Below, piece after piece: positions 13,468 to 33,381 of a stretch of DNA of 64,000 nt. The position numbers were made by a program, and so were the translations under genes. The notes under the pieces are model-generated. The model did not search any database and was not told where the DNA came from. It saw nothing but the letters and a program-made list of their open reading frames with translations. This DNA is from the human T2T-CHM13v2.0 reference genome, Homo sapiens: NCBI RefSeq assembly GCF_009914755.1, contig NC_060928.1. The stretch is one strand, 5' to 3'. Every line of letters begins with the position of its first letter. The first letter of the stretch is position 1.

Positions 13468-14650
13468 TATTGTGTATGGAAATAGTATATTAGGCGGAGT
13501 AGTTTTGCCTGTTTTTTCACTTTACTTCTTTTGAACTGAGAGTAGTATGTTGCATTCCCTTATTACCAGTGTATTTTATAGGACCCCTTTATCTTCATGA
13601 TTTCTGGTTTATATTGTGATTGTCAGGTGATTTTGTACATAGATATTCACAAATATTGTATTTACATTATTGATTATGGACTTTAGTGCTATAGAGTGTT
13701 CATCTAAAGACAGGTAGAATTCTGCTTTCTTGTTACTTTAATTTTCTTGTATATCTTGCCCAACTCCTTCTTTAGTTTAGCTTTTTAAAATCACTATATT
13801 TGTCGCCTGTTGTTTATATTTCTTTTTAAAAAATACAGTTATTGCTTTAAGTACCTTAGAAAAGGCTTAATATGTCTTGAACTCTTAGTGAAGCAGAATT
13901 TTCTAGTAATTTTGGTATGTTCATGTTTCCATTTTCAAGATTTAAGTTTTTAATATCTTTTTTATACTACTAATTCTTGGCCGTCAATCCAATGTGATGC
14001 TCAGAGAGCCATTTACGGGGACAAATGAGAGAATTTCAGGTAAAAGAATTCCTCGAATTTTATATGTATATATATAAACACTTTCTATACTTTTGTAGTG
14101 GTTATCAACATAAAAGCAACAATTGCTTCTAAAATTGTAGCACAGTTAAAGATTTTATATTACTATTCATAACTTTCAAAAAGTTGGCACTTGTATTGTA
14201 AACAACATTTAGTACCAGTTCTCAAATTTATAGTGTCATGTGTTCAGACATAGAGATGTCAGTTTCTATTGCACTAAATATAACTATGAGAGGGAACATG
14301 TCAAAATATACTACTAATTGAATACATCCAATAAAGTTCTAAAAACAACATACAATTCTTTTAATAACAAATGCTTTAATCAATTCTAAGTGATTTAAGT
14401 AAGATTATTACATTTTATTAAATGTTTTTTTCAAATGTAGTCAATATAAATAATACCCAAACTTGCAAAATATCAGAAGTAAACACATTTATATTATTGG
14501 ATTAAAAATAACTTTAGTAAGAAATGTATTTTGCATTAATTTAGCACTTTTTCATTTTCTGTGTGTCTCACATACTTTTGCTATTGCTTGTAGATAGTGA
14601 TTTTATTAAAGTAAACACCAAGGATAAAAACGATATAGAAATAGTAAGCA

Positions 14651-16854
<2,204 letters not shown>

Positions 16855-19800
16855 AGAAATAGGAAGCAGAATATTAAAAATGTAGATTTTTATATTTTTC
16901 TTTTTTGTCTAAAAGTGTTAATGTTATTGATAGACAGATACCTATAAATAATAATGAAATCAGCACAAAGCTTATTTAAACAAAGAGCATCCATTGTTAT
17001 TGTATAATAAGCACTCATTAGATTGAATGGTTGAAGAAACTTTTGTTCTGAAGGAGAAATGGTTTCCATGAGGTTAGATTGCTCTCATTATGATTAAACC
17101 GGTAAATATCTACAATAATTATCTTGCCAAAAGTGGCATCAGTTAATTTACACTTGATATGTAGGTGTTTGGATGCATCTATAGAAAGTAGTAGATTTAC
17201 AAATGTTTATTGATCTATAAATTCACCAGCCAAATGATAATTCACTCCATAAAGGGCACCTGGTTTTTTGACTGGCAATAGGAACAAAAATCCACGTAAT
17301 TAAATATATATATATAATTTATATATACAAATATATATAGTTTATTTCAAAGTAATCACTCAAAATACAAATGCCTTCTTAGTACCTTAATGAGTTTCAC
17401 AAAACCTTACATTGCATTTATTCTATATGAAACTATATTTCATTCTCACCACTTAAAAATCTTCTTATAAATATTTCCATATTCGAATTGTTTAAAGTCT
17501 TATATACTTTCAACATTTTATTAGGCTTTATAAATGTATTAATATGAACAACTGACAAAACTGTAGAGACCTAATATAATTCAAGTGATGTTAGTTTTTT
17601 TTGTGTTTTTTGCTTGTTAACTTGATAAATTGTATTGTATTTCAAGCCATTTATAACTAATGGCATGTGAGAAGAGTTGTTCAATGTTATGGGTAATGAA
17701 ATTAAGAGACAGATGAAAGGATAAATTGAAATAAATCAGATAAAAATAAAAACTAAGCTAAGTTTGCAAGACTAAGTGATTTAGTAATCCAAAGAAAATT
17801 TTTCTGTATTGGACATTAAGGAAGCTCACCAACATTCATATTACTGAGAAAAAAACTGGAGTGAAGCTCTCATTTGAATACAGAAGTTGTCACATGTGTG
17901 TAGGTTAAAAGCTTTTCATATGCTCAGTATCCAAACATGATTATAAAAGACATTTCGAGCTAAGTAAAATCAACTGTTAAAACAAGAATAAAGTACAAGA
18001 CCAGAGATAATCAACTCCAAATGTTGGAAACCAGGGTGTTCAGACATAAGTGTAATTATGCTTTATATATTCTTAGGTATACATACACAAAAGAAGACAA
18101 GAAGTTTTCACTTTGAATTGTTGGCTTATGGTTGAAAGTCCATTATCTCAGAGGAACTCTGCTTTAAATCCTTCCACCATACCATCTGAGCAATGGGGAT
18201 GCCCTACTTTGTGATGAAAGTTATAATTTTTCTTACCATGTATCCCATTTTTAAATTATCATAGATGTTTGAGACAATTATAAAGCCAGGAAAACAGAAA
18301 AATGAAGTCAAATGAAGTACTATATTGGAGTCAGTGGTCCAGATTTATTTAGAACAATTTTTATGCATATGTAAGTGATCATAGGACCAAAATTACCAAC
18401 TCGTATTCACAAACTCCTATTCACGTTCTTTTGCCTTAGTACAGAATTTCTTTTTCCACAGAAACTCTGTTTTCTCAATTCTACTGCAATCATTTTATAC
18501 AATCTTTTGCAATATTTCAAAGTCTTTCTAGGAATAAGTTTAAAAATATGTTCAGATTATTTAACACTATGCAAACCAATATATAATGGTATAAGAGAAA
18601 ATTCTTATAATTGTCATGGGATAAAATACAAAGATTAAAACAAAAACAAAAAGAAAGAGTATACCAAATAATCTTTACATACTGCTGATTATAAAATAAC
18701 ATTAAAAAAAACATATTCCTAAAAATTCCCAGGCATTGTTTCTATATTACTACCTAATAAAGGAATATAATTATATAAACAAAATAAATGGATCAGTTTT
18801 ATCAATAATAGTAGTCATATCCTAATATGTTCAAAAATTTAAAAAAATAGGAAAAAATATGAATTTGATTTGTCTTATCCTCAAATTATAGTATCAATAA
18901 AATTTGCAAAGTCACTAAAAGTCCATTATTCAGTCTTTTTAGGAAGTATATATTCAGTTTAATGCCATTCTGACAGAGCTACTATACAGGATAAATATTT
19001 ATCTTTAAATATATACTTTATTTTTCCCCCAATTTTAAGAGTGTTTTATAAGTCTATCTAGATAATCTTTTATAACATATGCAGTTTACAACTTCTGAGA
19101 TTTAAAAAATAAATCCTAATATTTTACCCCCCAAAGTTTTATTTGGGGATCTCTGTTGCTAGGACAAGATTCCTTGGAGATCAAATTGCTCAGTCACTTC
19201 CTTTCATAGAGGACAGGCTGAGGTCCAGAAAAGTGCAGTGCAAGAATAAGGACAGATTAGATTTCTTGAGTCACAGGTCTACGTCTTTCACATCAACACT
19301 TTGTCTCATGCTGATTAAAAAAAAAAAAAAAAAGGCAAAACATGAAAACGTGAGCCATTTCACTTTTTAAGAGGCTATTTCATCATAAGTATTCTCTAGA
19401 TTGTAATTATTTGTTACAATGTCTAATTTTGCCACCCTGTGTATTTTGGATTTAACTACTCAAACAATTTAAAATTCCACAAACACAGAACTAAATTCTA
19501 GCTTTATTCTTAACTGCTTTTTTTGTTTCTTGATCAGCAAGCCAACTTATTTGCACAATCTACTACAAACGAAAGAAAACAGATGGTGTGAGATGACTCT
19601 ATTCTCAAATTGCTAATTATAAAGAGCCAAGTCACCTTAATTTTCATGATAGTCATTCTAATATTCATTTTCCAAATTTCATCAGTAAAAAACTATTAAA
19701 GAGGTAGAAAATATGAAATGATATCTATGATATCTGTGTTTCATTAGAATTTCTGTATGTGTTTGCTAAGTAAATGCCATAGCTCAATTATTCAACTGAC

Positions 19801-20518
19801 ATTCATACAGAGGAATTCTATCCATCTGTTTCAGCTTATTTTAAATGAGAACATTGAAGAAAATGAACTTATAATAACATATGGTGACCAAGTTCATTTT
19901 GGATTTTCCACACTATTGACAAACTCAGAGAAATTATCTTATGCAAATACATATGTTCATGAGCCAAAGTTTTCCTTCTAGCATGGCTATTGTTCAGAGG
20001 AAGGAAGGAAAATCATGCTTTTTCTATTGGTGTCAGTTACATGCAGTACTGTCAGTCCTGCCTAGAATTGGATGACATACATGCTGCATATTTCGCTTCA
20101 AGACTATAATTTTGTTTACTGATTTTAAAGTGCTTTAAAATTTACTGTTTAAAGATGAACTTATACTTACATTAAACAGAATCAAACTTATTGGATTAGT
20201 AAAAGGCAAACTCCACATTTAATAGCTTTATAAGGCTAACCAGTCCTACACAGGGATAAAAGATGCTGAGTATAGCTTTCTAATTAGATAATACAGTGCC
20301 CAGGATTGTTTTACTTTCCTTTATGGCCCTATAATTAACTTTTATTCAGAACTGGACAATGCACAGTGTCAGAATATTTTACAATTCATGTTGCAACATT
20401 TTGGTGTATTATTTAAATCTTAATAGACAGATTTGAGTCTCTTTGTTTTATTTCATTTGCTTTCATTTTACTTTATTGAGAAGATTTTAATATTGTGAAA
20501 TATTAATGAAAGGAAATA

Positions 20519-20872
20519 GAATACTATGCAGACATAAGAAAGGATGAGTTCATGTCCTTTGCAGGGACATGGATGAAGCTTGAAACCGTCATGCTCAGCA
20601 AACTAACACAAGAACAGAAAACCAAATGCCGCATGTTATCACTGATAAGTGGGAGTTGAACAATGAGAACACATGGACACAGGGAGGGGAACATCACAAA
20701 CCGGGGCCTGTCAGTGGGTGGAGGGCTAGGGGAGGGATAGCATTATGAGAATACCTAATGTAGACGACTGGTTGATGGGTGCAGCAAACCACTATGGCAT
20801 GTGTATACCTATGTAACAAACCTGCATGTTCTGCATATGTACCCCAGAACTTAAAGTATAATAAAAAAAAAT
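20519..20872 (+). mobile_element. L1PA (~PA8) 3' end fragment
   Basis: gaatactatgcag...cccagaacttaaagtataataaaaaaaa. Confidence 0.92.
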
Positions 20873-21512
20873 AAAGTGAAAAAAAAGTAAGAGCTATGTC
20901 TTATCTATTCCAAACTATTCTTTGGTTTTGGAGTTCTACACAGAAAAATGTAGAAATCTATTATTCCAGGAAAAATTCTAAGCATTTTTTCTAATATTAC
21001 TCTTTATTTACATAGATCTTATATATATCTCCATATTTTAATGTTCCTTATAATCCCAGTGCCACCCACCTTGACTGAACTGTTCTCCACATTTGCAACC
21101 AGAAAGCACATAAATATATGGGACATCTAGGTGAGACTTGTGAAGTAGAATGACTCTTAAAACATAATGAATGTAATGAAGAAAGACAACAAATGAAGCA
21201 CAGAGTGACACAGTTGGCTTAGTATGAGAATTGAGAAAAGATACAGGACTTTCAAAATTCGTAATTATTTTTATTATTTTATTGCTTAATTGACTTTCTA
21301 TGTCTCTTTCACTGAGCACATAAGTCCATAAGAACAAGAGAGTTAAATGTATTATTCACCATTATATATCTAGTTTCTGGTAAAGTATTATATTTTATTT
21401 ATTGATTCTCCTGATTTTCACCACCAACCCTTCATTTCACTTTCTGTACAATAAACTAATGATTGGTGTAATATTGCAGGGCAGAAAAATTTCAATACAT
21501 ATCTCACTTTTA

Positions 21513-23470
<1,958 letters not shown>

Positions 23471-24036
23471 GGTTTTCTTCTGTAAAATGTGGACTTTACT
23501 AAATAGCTTTTTATTAGCACAATGAGTGGCATAATCTTTTCATAAGTCCTGAGAGAGATTGAGTCAGAAGGGGAGAGAGAGAGAGAATATATCCAGTATG
23601 TTGAAACAAAATAAGTCTGAAATGAAAGTACAAAATAAGTGTATAGCTTAGAAGGAATTTGATATTGAGACAGAAATTTCTACTCTTCAATACCATAGAA
23701 AAATATTTTCTAAACTGAAAAAGTTCAAATTGATATTGAATCACTGCCAAAAATTCTACAGTTTTATTCTCTTACCACTGGTCCTGTTCTCCTTATCTTT
23801 CTTACATTTATCTTTGAGTGTTTATCTCTTTGCTAACTTTAATTAGCATATTTTAAAAATGTGCGATCACTATTCTCATTTAAAATATTATCTATGAGGA
23901 ATATTTTCTATATTTTTACCTTGAATATAGATAATTCAGCATGAACTTATGCGTCTCAAATTATATAATGGCAGGTTTCCCTGCTCTTTTGATCAAAAGT
24001 ATTCTCCGAATCTCAAAAAATGTTAGAGAGATGACA

Positions 24037-24076
24037 GAGATAGATAGATAGATGATAGATAGATAGAATGATGATT

Positions 24077-24132
<56 letters not shown>
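24037..24132. repeat. (GATA)n tetranucleotide STR
   Basis: Direct reading; long uninterrupted run from ~24077. Confidence 0.97.
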
Positions 24133-24134
<2 letters not shown>

Positions 24135-24431
24135 GTACCATTTTCTAGTTTAAGGTAGGTCAATAGAAAGGCTTTACTTGATTTTATGGCATTTCCAATC
24201 ATATTAGCTTAAACATGGAACTGAGAAATACTGTTAGAGCAGTTATATTTTATACTGAACACATCTATAAGAAATTTGTCAAAAAGTTAATGCATATATC
24301 AGACTACATGTTGAGAAGTTTCCTCAGAATGTAGTTATGATTTCTTTCTCCTGTAAAATAACAGCTAACCCTATTTGGCTTGGATATTAAATGCATTTCA
24401 CTTTTGTAATATAACATGATTCAGAGATAAC

Positions 24432-24562
24432 TTTTTTGTTTTAATAGAAAAAATGTCTCACCATGTTGCCCACTCTGGTCTTGAATTCCTGGGCTTAAGT
24501 GATCCTTCTGCTTTGGTCTCCCAAATTGCTGGGATTACAGGCATAAGCCATTGTGCCTGGCC
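24432..24562 (-). mobile_element. FLAM/Alu monomer
   Basis: Single Alu arm; TSD-like cagag(a/g)taac on both sides. Confidence 0.85.
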
Positions 24563-25457
24563 CAGAGGTAACATTTTGTTAATTAGCGTGATTTGGATAT
24601 GAAAATATCCACACTTTCATCTTTCTAAATTTTATAAGTAAAGAAAATATTTATAAGTACAAACTTTTCCTCCAAAAAGTTCTTAAAAGAAAATAAATCA
24701 ATGAGAATTGACTTAAAAATGGAAACACACCCCTGCTGTGTATCTCCCTTCAACATTTTATTTTCTTAAATTAGATTTTAACATAATTGTTTTTATTTTA
24801 CTTACTTTACTTTTTTATTATTTTTCAATCCCATATATATATATGAAGCTACCTGAAGAAAGTAATTTGATAAACTTATTTGGCTTAATATTTCTACATC
24901 TAAAATATAGTGAGTTTTAGTATAGTTCTGGATACTAAATAAATACTGAATGTGTCAGTGAGTACCTGGCTTCTGATGCAATGGCTTTGGAGTTGATGGA
25001 TCTCTAAATCATTAGCAGTCTTGCTTCAAATGTACAGCATGGGAGGAATAACACATGATTATGAGAGAAAATGATTAAAAATAAGATAACAGTCAGGAGT
25101 GTACTGGTGCTGTGGTTGTTGTATCCATCCTATCCAGAAGGTATTTGAGCTATACCTCTATTTCTCTGTGTTTCTGGTAGTCAGACAAGGTGGATCTCAA
25201 ACAGCTGGGTTGTTATTCAGAAGGAGCCTTTAACACTGTATATGCCTTATTTATCTTGAGCAACATATATCTGACCCATCACTATATCTATCTGGGAGCA
25301 AAGCAGTAGTATATCGGTGGAAAGTGGTGGGGAATAGATATCATTGTAATAATTTTCTTTGTTTTCTCTACATGAAGTACAAGATACCCTAAACTTTTTA
25401 CAGTTTCAAGTTTGCATGCTCAGTTAAAGTATTTCAATAGGATTTTTAATGATTAAT

Positions 25458-25580
25458 TTTACATTCAACAAAAGTTTATTGAGTGCCAAATATGTGTTAG
25501 GCATGATTTTGGCTACTAGAGATGCACTAACAAGCAAATTATCATTATGTGCATTCAAAGAGCTTACACTGTCATGGAAA
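25458..25580 (-). mobile_element. L2 3' end
   Basis: cattcaacaaaagtttattgagtgcc...tgtgttaggca. Confidence 0.75.
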
Positions 25581-27704
25581 AAATGAATTAGACTACCAGT
25601 CAATAAATTGAATTTATTGAGAATCTCATTAGCAGCACCATTGAATATCTGCTAATTTATCCTTCTTAACCCAAATCCAAAAGAAATATTATGTCTTGAA
25701 AAAATAAATACATATTTGAGTTAAACTTTTCTAAAATATGACTTAAGAGTTGATAATAGAGCTCAAGAGTTTTAGTTTAAACCTAAAATATATACTACAG
25801 TGGCATGGTATTGTTTTCTATAGAATGTACACTTAAATATAAATATTAGAGAATAAACTCTCTTTTGGGAACACTTTGTAAACTTGTTAGAACATAATAT
25901 CAGATAAAATGTTAATAAAAAGCTAATAAATTCTAATAATAAACATACAATCAATAATAATATTATTAGTAATTACCTCATCATTAGATCATTTTATTTT
26001 ATAGTAGATAAGCATATAATTTTTGGTTGAAGGTTGCCTCAGATTGAACTGTGGCCGTGTATTTTTTCTTTTCTTTATTGCATGAAAATACAAGCAGAAT
26101 CTGCAGAAAAATTATTTCAGTAATAATCAACGTGCTATATGTAAAGTTTATTTACAGAAATTTCACTATCTTGGTCTTTCCTAATTTTATAGTGTACTTA
26201 ACAAATGCAAGGCATGTTTTAAAAAGAAGTCTACAGAGAAAAACAACAGTGCTTTTTATTTAAACTTATTAAAGCAAAATTTTAGTTTATTATTATTTAC
26301 TGTAGTCTGAATGTGCGAAGCACAGCTATTTAGAGAAGTTGTATGAAAAAATAAAGGGCCCAAGCAATGCAACATTTTTGAAAGCTCTTTTCATAAAATA
26401 TATTGTATTTTTGACCCCTTTTAAAGGCTAAGAAATGAAAAATACCATATGCCACAGTCACCAACATACTTAAAAGAGACGAAATTGTGACTATGAAAAC
26501 ATTTTTTAAAATGATACAGATGTCATTGAAGGAAACAACTGGTATCAGTTAAAGGCAAAGCTGACAGATGCATGCCATTAGGGTTTTGACACTGAAATAG
26601 AGAAATGCAGTACGATCGATATCGAAAATGACAAGAAAGCAAAGTATAGCAAAAGTCAGGAACTTCTAAATAATGTTATCCAAAACCATAATTTAATCTT
26701 ATATTATCTGTTAACGTTTTATTATTTAATAGTGTTCTTTTTATAAAGAATTTATTTTAAATGATATTTTGTTTTCAACATCTTTCTCCAGGTTGTTTTT
26801 TCTCATTGCTCTTTTAAATTATGGAGACAGTGGATATGGTCATCAAGACATATAAGGTAATTAATTTCATAATACATTATTAAATAGTTGATTCAGTAGT
26901 CCAAAGGCTTATTATAACATGTAAGTATTGCTAAGAATTAAAAAGTAAACATAGTATATTACAGAGTAAATACAGATAATAAAGGCAAAATAAAGTAAGA
27001 GATTTTGGATCCATGAAATTTATTAAAAATCCTTCAAACAGAAAGAAAAATAAATAAATACATATAATGAGAAAAAAATAAATGCCTTCTATCAACCAGA
27101 AATTATGGGAATAGATAGCAAGTGAACAGAGTAAATGACAAAGTGGAATAAACCAGAGTGCAATAAATACAGCACAGAAAAAAGCCAGGTGAAGGTAAAG
27201 GCAGAATTGAAGAAATGCCTACATCAAATGAACACATACAAAAGCAGAAAAAGAAGCAGTAAAATCCCCAAGGTAATTACAAATTTGCATTCTCAATTGT
27301 TGGATTCATTACCCTTCACTGATACCCAGTTCTCCCAGATAGAATGAAAGAAGAGACTCCCTCATGGGCATTTACCTATGTTAAATTCTAAAGCTAACAC
27401 TCTTAAGAAAGTGGGCAGCCCTCCTAATGTGGGTGTAGATGTTCAAGAGTAATGGAGAACAGTGTTTGTAGACCTCACAACACATTCAGGAAGTCAGAAA
27501 GAAGCAATTCAAAGAGAAAAATACAATAATACCCTTCATCACAAAACAAAGTTCCCAAGACAGAAGGGATGAGGAGGTGTAAAACAGACTAAATATGACC
27601 AATAAGAGTAGAAATAACAAGAAAGTATGGAAACAAAAAGCATAGTAGCAACAAAAACAACAAAAATAATGTAATTAACAATAATAAATTATTATACAGT
27701 TACA

Positions 27705-27890
27705 ATACAGCTATTTATTACTTACGAATTATTTATTATTCTAGGTCTTATTCTAAGTACTCGATTTGTTATTAACATATTTAATGTTCCTGACAATCAC
27801 AGAAAGTAAGTACTGTTTTTTTCTGCTAGTGTCAGATAAGAGAAAACAGGCATAGAGAGTTTAAGTAAATTGTGCTTGGTCATATGATCA
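27705..27890 (-). mobile_element. MIR
   Basis: cagataagagaaaacaggcatagagagtttaagtaaattgtgc core. Confidence 0.7.
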
Positions 27891-28302
27891 ATGTGTAATG
27901 GCTACAGATTCTTTGACTTTAAGTAAAGGGAAACAATTAGGTCAATTAAGTACATTATCCAGTCAAAAGTTAAGAAACATTAGAAATGTTATTTGAAAGC
28001 AGGCATTTGATCTTCAGAAATATATGAGATTAATCACACTCTATCAAATCTCTCAAAATGTAATATTAGTAAAGGATGGCATTTTTTTTAAAAAAAGAGA
28101 CATACATAGGAAAATGTTTATACTGTTTTACCAAAGAATAAGTTTGAGAATACACCAACATTTTGTACAAATCAATAACAAAAATAGAAACTAGCTCATA
28201 GATATTTAGTTCTGTAAAAAACTAGGCTTTACGGAAAGTTTGTTATTTTCCTTGTTTCTCTTAAGCTACACTTCTCAAACCTTGGTAACCTTGAGACAGG
28301 CA

Positions 28303-28352
28303 GACAGACAGATACACAAACACACACACATAAACACACACACACACACACC
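28303..28352. repeat. (CA)n-rich microsatellite
   Basis: Direct reading. Confidence 0.85.
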
Positions 28353-28509
28353 CACTCAAAATTATGCACCAAATTGATAATCAGAAGTGTGTCTTATAAT
28401 AGACATGTGTTCACAAAAAGTATTTATTGACTAAATTTTGGTTGAGGTCAGTTAAATGTTAAAGTGGAAAACAATATCTCCTCTTAAAAATTAATTACTT
28501 AGTTAATTA

Positions 28510-28827
<318 letters not shown>

Positions 28828-28976
28828 TGATTTACCAATACTACAGCTACTGCTTTTAGTACCATCTCTATGAATAATGATTATATATTTATTCAGAAGG
28901 GTAACCAGATTTATATTTTATATCATATTTGAAAGATGACATACCCTATTTTATAACCATAGGTGGGGAGGGAATG

Positions 28977-29280
28977 CACACTGGACAAGGAGTCAAGTTA
29001 CTGGAATCTTATCACTAGTTGTTCCACCTTTAACTATGTGAATTTAGGTAATAAATACAGTGCCTATTGTCTAATGTTTGGTAACAGTTAACAAATTGCT
29101 TTAACATACATGAACTCCTTTGATTGCCATACTGTGAATTAGATGCCATTATTATCTGTCCTTCAGTTTGAAACCTAAACTTACAGAGCTTAAATGCTTT
29201 TACTTAAGGTCTTTCCTATAGGGAAAAGGTAAACCTAGAAACAATTCAAGAATTTTGGCACTAGATAGAGTGCTTTTTAA
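28977..29280. mobile_element. MIR fragments in both orientations
   Basis: cactggacaaggagtcaag...aactatgtgaatttagg (+), followed by a minus-strand MIR core. Confidence 0.55.
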
Positions 29281-29523
29281 TAGACATTGTTTTGCATTTT
29301 TATATTAGATGTGAGAATCCAATTAAATATTAGATCTAGAAGTGGTAAGTAAACTATAAAAGAGTAGACAAACAGGCTCAAAGTCTCGATGATTTTTCTA
29401 AATTATTTCTGAAGATTCATTATTTCTTAAAATTATGAGTTAGTTCTAAAAGGCAGATAAAATATATTCATTAGAACTTTAAAATCATTCAAAATAAAAG
29501 TAGTAAGTAAACCAGTACAGAAT

Positions 29524-30077
29524 TGTAGGGGAGGATTGATTTTTTTTTTCTTCAGCCCTCACTTGTTATTAGTTGGACTGGATCCCTGTAGCAAAAGACA
29601 GATTAACAAGAGAAAAAACAAACAGAAGTCTATTAGCATATATGTTTCATGTAAATATGGTGGATATTTAGGAAATGAGTGGTTCTCTAAGAGATGTCTT
29701 CAAATTCTAGCTTACATACATCTTCAACAAAAAAAAATAATAAATTTTTAGAGAAATGAGTCTCTAGGGGTTGCTGTTTCTGGAAAAGTTAGTAAATGGC
29801 AGATAAAGGATAGTTAGTAAACCTTATTAATATAGATTCCTCAGGTGCCATCTTCAGGCAGATAATGGTCTAAAGTTGTCCTGTACAGTTTATCTTTATT
29901 CTGCCTGGCAGAAGATGGGGCAAGATGACTTTTATCTTTGTAAATGTATGGCTTGCTTTTAGAAAAATAAAGAGGGCAGAAAACTTTTCTGAATCTGCTT
30001 CTTCTTAATTGCCTTCAATTAAAACAATCCAATGCCAAAAAAGCCTAATTGTGGCTGCTATATTCTAGTCTCCCACA
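29524..30077 (-). mobile_element. ERV1 solo LTR (MER67-like)
   Basis: tgtaggggagg...aaaagacagattaacaagagaaaaa...tattctagtctcccaca; near-TSD gaat/gtat. Confidence 0.75.
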
Positions 30078-30270
30078 GTATAAAAGTATAAAAATAAATG
30101 TGGAAGTCTTCTTTCTTTGTACCCTGATCTATCTTCACTCCCTAGAAAATCTACCATTAATCTACAATCACACACATATATAGGCTGTTGCTTATTCTAT
30201 ATGAACCTAGTTATTGAAAAAATTAGTTATAGAAAACTATCTAATAAGTAATTATACATTAACCTACGTG

Positions 30271-30730
30271 TGTGATAGTTAATTTGTGTTAACTTGACTG
30301 GGCTAAGGGATGCCTAGGTAGCTGGTAAATCATTATTTCTTGCTGTTTTTGTAAGAGTGTTCCCAGAAGAGATTAACATTTGAATCAGTAAACTAAGTAA
30401 AGAATACCTTCCCTCACCAGTGTTAGTGGGCATTATTCAATTTGTTGTAGGCCCGAATAGGGAAAAATGGTGGAGAAGGCAAATTTATGATCTTGTCTGG
30501 AGTTGAAAAATCCATCAGTATTACTGGTTTTCAAGCCTTTGGACTTGGACCACTAGTTCCCCAGATTCTTAGGCTTTCAGCTTGGACTAGACATAAATCA
30601 TCAGCTTTTCTGGGTTTCCCATTTGCAGATGGCAGATCATGACATATTTCAGCCTCCATAAATGCATGAGCTAATTCCTCATGACAAATCTCCTATTGGT
30701 TCTGTTTTTTCAGGAACACTGACCAATACA
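30271..30730 (+). mobile_element. MLT2 (ERVL) solo LTR
   Basis: tgtgatagttaat...aacttgactgggctaaggga...tcctattggttctgttt...ctgaccaataca. Confidence 0.88.
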
Positions 30731-31361
30731 TGTAGTTAACTGAATGCAATTCAGGAGTCGGAGGGTACTATCTATGATAAATGTGATGACTTGCAAAGCA
30801 CAACAGGCAGCTGGTAAAAATAGTTTTCTACGTATTTTTTCTCTAACAATAATGTATGCAATTTGAAATGAACTTATAAGTTAAAAACTCTGAAAACAAT
30901 CTACAAATATCTAAACTGTGTGAAATCCCAGCTCTTCCTTTGAGTTCACATCACACTAGATTTTTTTTTCATTTTTAGCGAAGGTTTTTTAATAACACAG
31001 AAGAAAAAAAGAAGTACAAAGATTTATAGACTATGTCACAAGATTCTTAGAGATTACTGTTTCTCTTTGATTCCTTCTTTTATGAAAACATTTTTCTTCC
31101 ATGTCTCAGTAAAGTTACTTCTCTTTTACTACAAGTACGAATTTTCTTTTTTCTTATTGTGTGGTACTTTGAATTTTTTAAATCCTGGATTTAAGCCTCG
31201 GAATACCACAGCAACACAAACAAACAAATATACAACATAACACATGTAATATTACTTAACTTTATGAGCCTGCCAACAATTTTAGATGACCTTCTCTTAG
31301 AGATAAAATAATTAAAATAAAAAAATTTAAAACTTGTGAGATTGAATAACCTTGGTAATAG

Positions 31362-31657
31362 GTTTTTCTTTTTCTTTTTTTTTTAACAGGGTCTTGCTCT
31401 GTCACCCAGCATGGAGTGCAGATCTTGGCTCACTGCAGCTTCTACCTTCAGGGCCCAAGGAATCCTCTCACCTCAGCTTTCCAAGTAGTTGGGACCACAA
31501 GTGCACACCACCATGCCTCGCAAATTCTTGTATTTATTGTAGACATGGGGTTTTGCCATGGTGCCCAGGCTAGTCTCAAACCCCTGAGCTGAAATGATCT
31601 ACCTCCCTCAGCCTCCCAGAATGTTGAGATTACAGGTGTGAGCCACCATGCCCAGCC
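31362..31657 (-). mobile_element. AluJ
   Basis: Diverged dimeric Alu, reverse orientation. Confidence 0.92.
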
Positions 31658-31807
31658 GACTTCTTGAATTAATTAAATTATCCTCAATTGATTAAATTGG
31701 ATTTTTGAAAACTGAGCTTTATAGTGGGAAACAGCTATAAAATACTCCAATTTTACTTTTTGTTAAATCTACACATCTACAAATATGATATGCAAATGTA
31801 TTTATTA

Positions 31808-32120
<313 letters not shown>

Positions 32121-32989
32121 GAGAAGAAGAGAAGAGAAGGAAAGAAAATAAAATGTACATTCCAAAGATGCTATAAGGGCATATTTTTGTGGACTATACA
32201 TTACAAAGGATCTATATAGATAGTAGCATTATTATATTCAATTATGCAGCCATGTTTTCTGTAACTAAATTTTTCATAAAGAAATAAAAATATCATGATA
32301 ATGGGAACAAAAATATACATTTGTGTGTATGTTTTTGTTTCTTTTTTAAGATGTCAAGCCTGAATCTGTTTGCTATAATGATACTTTTTGCTTTTTTTTT
32401 TTCTTCTACATTACAGCTTCTGGTTTTAAATATAATTGTGGGCAATCTTCATGTTAAGGCCATTTTCAAATGAAGTATTTAATTCAACTGTCTGTAAACT
32501 TAGATTTGATAACCTTGGCTGCTACTTTAGATAACATATCCTTAATAAGTAACAGGATCAATCAGGGAGAATTATATTTCTACTCAACATTAAGTATTCT
32601 GTCTTTTCTAATTTAATAAACTGTTCAATATCTTGCAACCACTTAGCAAATTCTAATTGACTTGAAAGGCAAAGTCAGAATAAGTTAAACTTTTTGAAGC
32701 TGGATTTACACTGCCACAACGTGAAGGTATAATTTAATACATTTAGTAAGTAACAGACCATACTAGGTAACTGGAAAGAAGTACAGCTTCCTAATGCCCT
32801 AATATATTTGTACCACTACTTTTAAATTATTTTTAGTAAAATACATCTATATATTAATTTTTGGATAATCAATAATGTTTTAAAAATAGAATTAATGTGC
32901 AGAAAACAAAACAAGTAAAAGTTAAATCTATAATTCTTTGGTAACTCATATTTAAATATAATTGATAGAATAGTAGAATTTAATACAAA

Positions 32990-33381
32990 TTGTTTGTTTG
33001 TTTTTTGAGACACAGTCTCGTTCTGTCACCCAGGTTGGAGTGCAGTGGTGCCATCTCGGCTCACTGCAACATCTGCCTCTGGGTTCAAGCAATTCTCCTG
33101 CCTGTCTCGTGGTCTGCACAAATTCCATTACCTAATTTGAAATCCTGGTCTAGTCTGTATGAATCAATATTCAAGATCACATCTACTTCAGCAACAAAAG
33201 CCTCCCGAGTAGCTGGGATCACAGATGTGCACCACCACGCCCAGCTAATTTTTGTATTTTTAGTAGAGACGGAGTTTCGCCATGTTGGCCAGGCTGATCT
33301 CAAACTCATAGCCTCAAGCGATCTGCCTGCCTCAGCCTCCCAAAGTGTTGGGATTACAGGCGTGAGCCACAGCACCTGGCC
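32990..33381 (-). mobile_element. AluS interrupted by a 92-bp non-Alu insert (33109-33200)
   Basis: Alu sequence stops at cctgtctc and resumes at agcctcccgagtagctggg. Confidence 0.95.
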
